A stretch of 43,711 nt of DNA from a virus, in IMG/VR virus record IMGVR_UViG_3300045988_142367; one strand, written 5' to 3'. The notes under the pieces are model-generated. The model was given only the letters and a program-made list of their open reading frames with translations. It did no database searches and had not been told where the DNA came from. How positions within the stretch are numbered: position 1 is the stretch's first letter; the number at the start of each line of letters is the position of its first letter. The translations under genes and the position numbers were made by a program. Shown here piece by piece: positions 43,338 to 43,711 of the stretch.

Positions 43338-43711
43338 ATGACGGAAAAAGAGAAGATTAAGCAATATCTTGAACGCAAGGGTATTAGCAAAAATAGTTTT
43401 TATCAGAAGACTGGGTTGTCGATGGGGTTTCTTGACAGCGGCAAAAGCTTGGGTGTCGATAAACTCAAGACAATTATCGAGAATTATCCAGATCTTTCCC
43501 TTGATTGGCTAGTCTTCGATAAGGAGAACGTGATGTCGAACAACACGATTAACAATCCTGGTGTCGTGTTGAATGGCCAAAATAATGGTCATATCGACCA
43601 GCGCCAATATTATTCCGACAGCCCCGATGTCCTCAGAGCCCAGATCGAGCTCCTCGACGAACGCATCAAGGAGAAGGACGCCCAGATCAAGGAGAAGGAC
43701 GCCCAGATCAA
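43338..43711 (+). CDS. 5' part of the HTH (XRE/CI-like) repressor-type regulator; continues at 1..107
   Basis: My translation: MTEKEKIKQYLERKGISKNSFYQKTGLSMGFLDSGKSLGVDKLKTIIENYPDLSLDWLVFDKE... It has an HTH at the N-terminus and heptad repeats at the C-terminus. It is transcribed divergently from the minus-strand early genes. Confidence 0.75.
   Translation, partial: MTEKEKIKQYLERKGISKNSFYQKTGLSMGFLDSGKSLGVDKLKTIIENYPDLSLDWLVFDKENVMSNNTINNPGVVLNGQNNGHIDQRQYYSDSPDVLRAQIELLDERIKEKDAQIKEKDAQI

Larger units (their letters stand above)
1..43711. mobile_element. Complete circularly closed temperate tailed-phage genome (about 43,656 bp unique); Bacteroidota host inferred
   Basis: nt 1-55 are identical to nt 43657-43711 and one ORF reads straight through the junction. 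Full packaging, head, tail, lysis, replication and lysogeny gene set. BACON-repeat tail proteins and TAnnTTTG promoter boxes are present. Confidence 0.85.

Overview
The window is one complete, circularly closed temperate tailed-phage genome. Nucleotides 1-55 are identical to 43657-43711, leaving about 43.66 kb unique, and one gene reads through that junction. The host is probably a Bacteroidales bacterium: the tail proteins carry BACON repeats, two integrases look Bacteroides-type, and TAnnTTTG promoter boxes are present. Almost all genes are on the minus strand. In decreasing coordinates they run: early/regulatory genes (43.3-41.3 kb); an AT-rich islet with a truncated methyltransferase-like ORF and a second tyrosine recombinase; a primase-helicase; a decayed hicA next to an intact hicB; an iteron field; the S49 prohead protease and major capsid protein; terS and terL; a putative portal; the tape measure; a four-gene accessory island; baseplate and BACON tail-fibre genes; and a lysis cassette. 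A plus-strand integrase (1237-2400) and a junction-spanning HTH repressor-like gene form the lysogeny module. Six observations deserve follow-up. (1) A 0.43-kb ORF-free, GC-rich, hairpin-dense region (42061-42486) carries two tRNA T-arm look-alikes that cannot be folded into tRNAs. (2) A Panacea/DUF4065 antitoxin plus a MazF-like toxin candidate sits in the tail module, bracketed by a duplicated terminator. (3) A DUF2829 (Tad2-like) gene was inserted into the lysis cassette, and its ancestral junction can still be reconstructed from a duplicated 38-44 bp sequence. (4) hicA has lost its start codon and carries a frameshift, while hicB-HTH is intact. (5) There is a dense field of 13-14 GTGTAGTT iterons. 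(6) A methyltransferase N-terminal fragment directly abuts a second recombinase. All functional calls come from motif recognition by eye. No database search was run.
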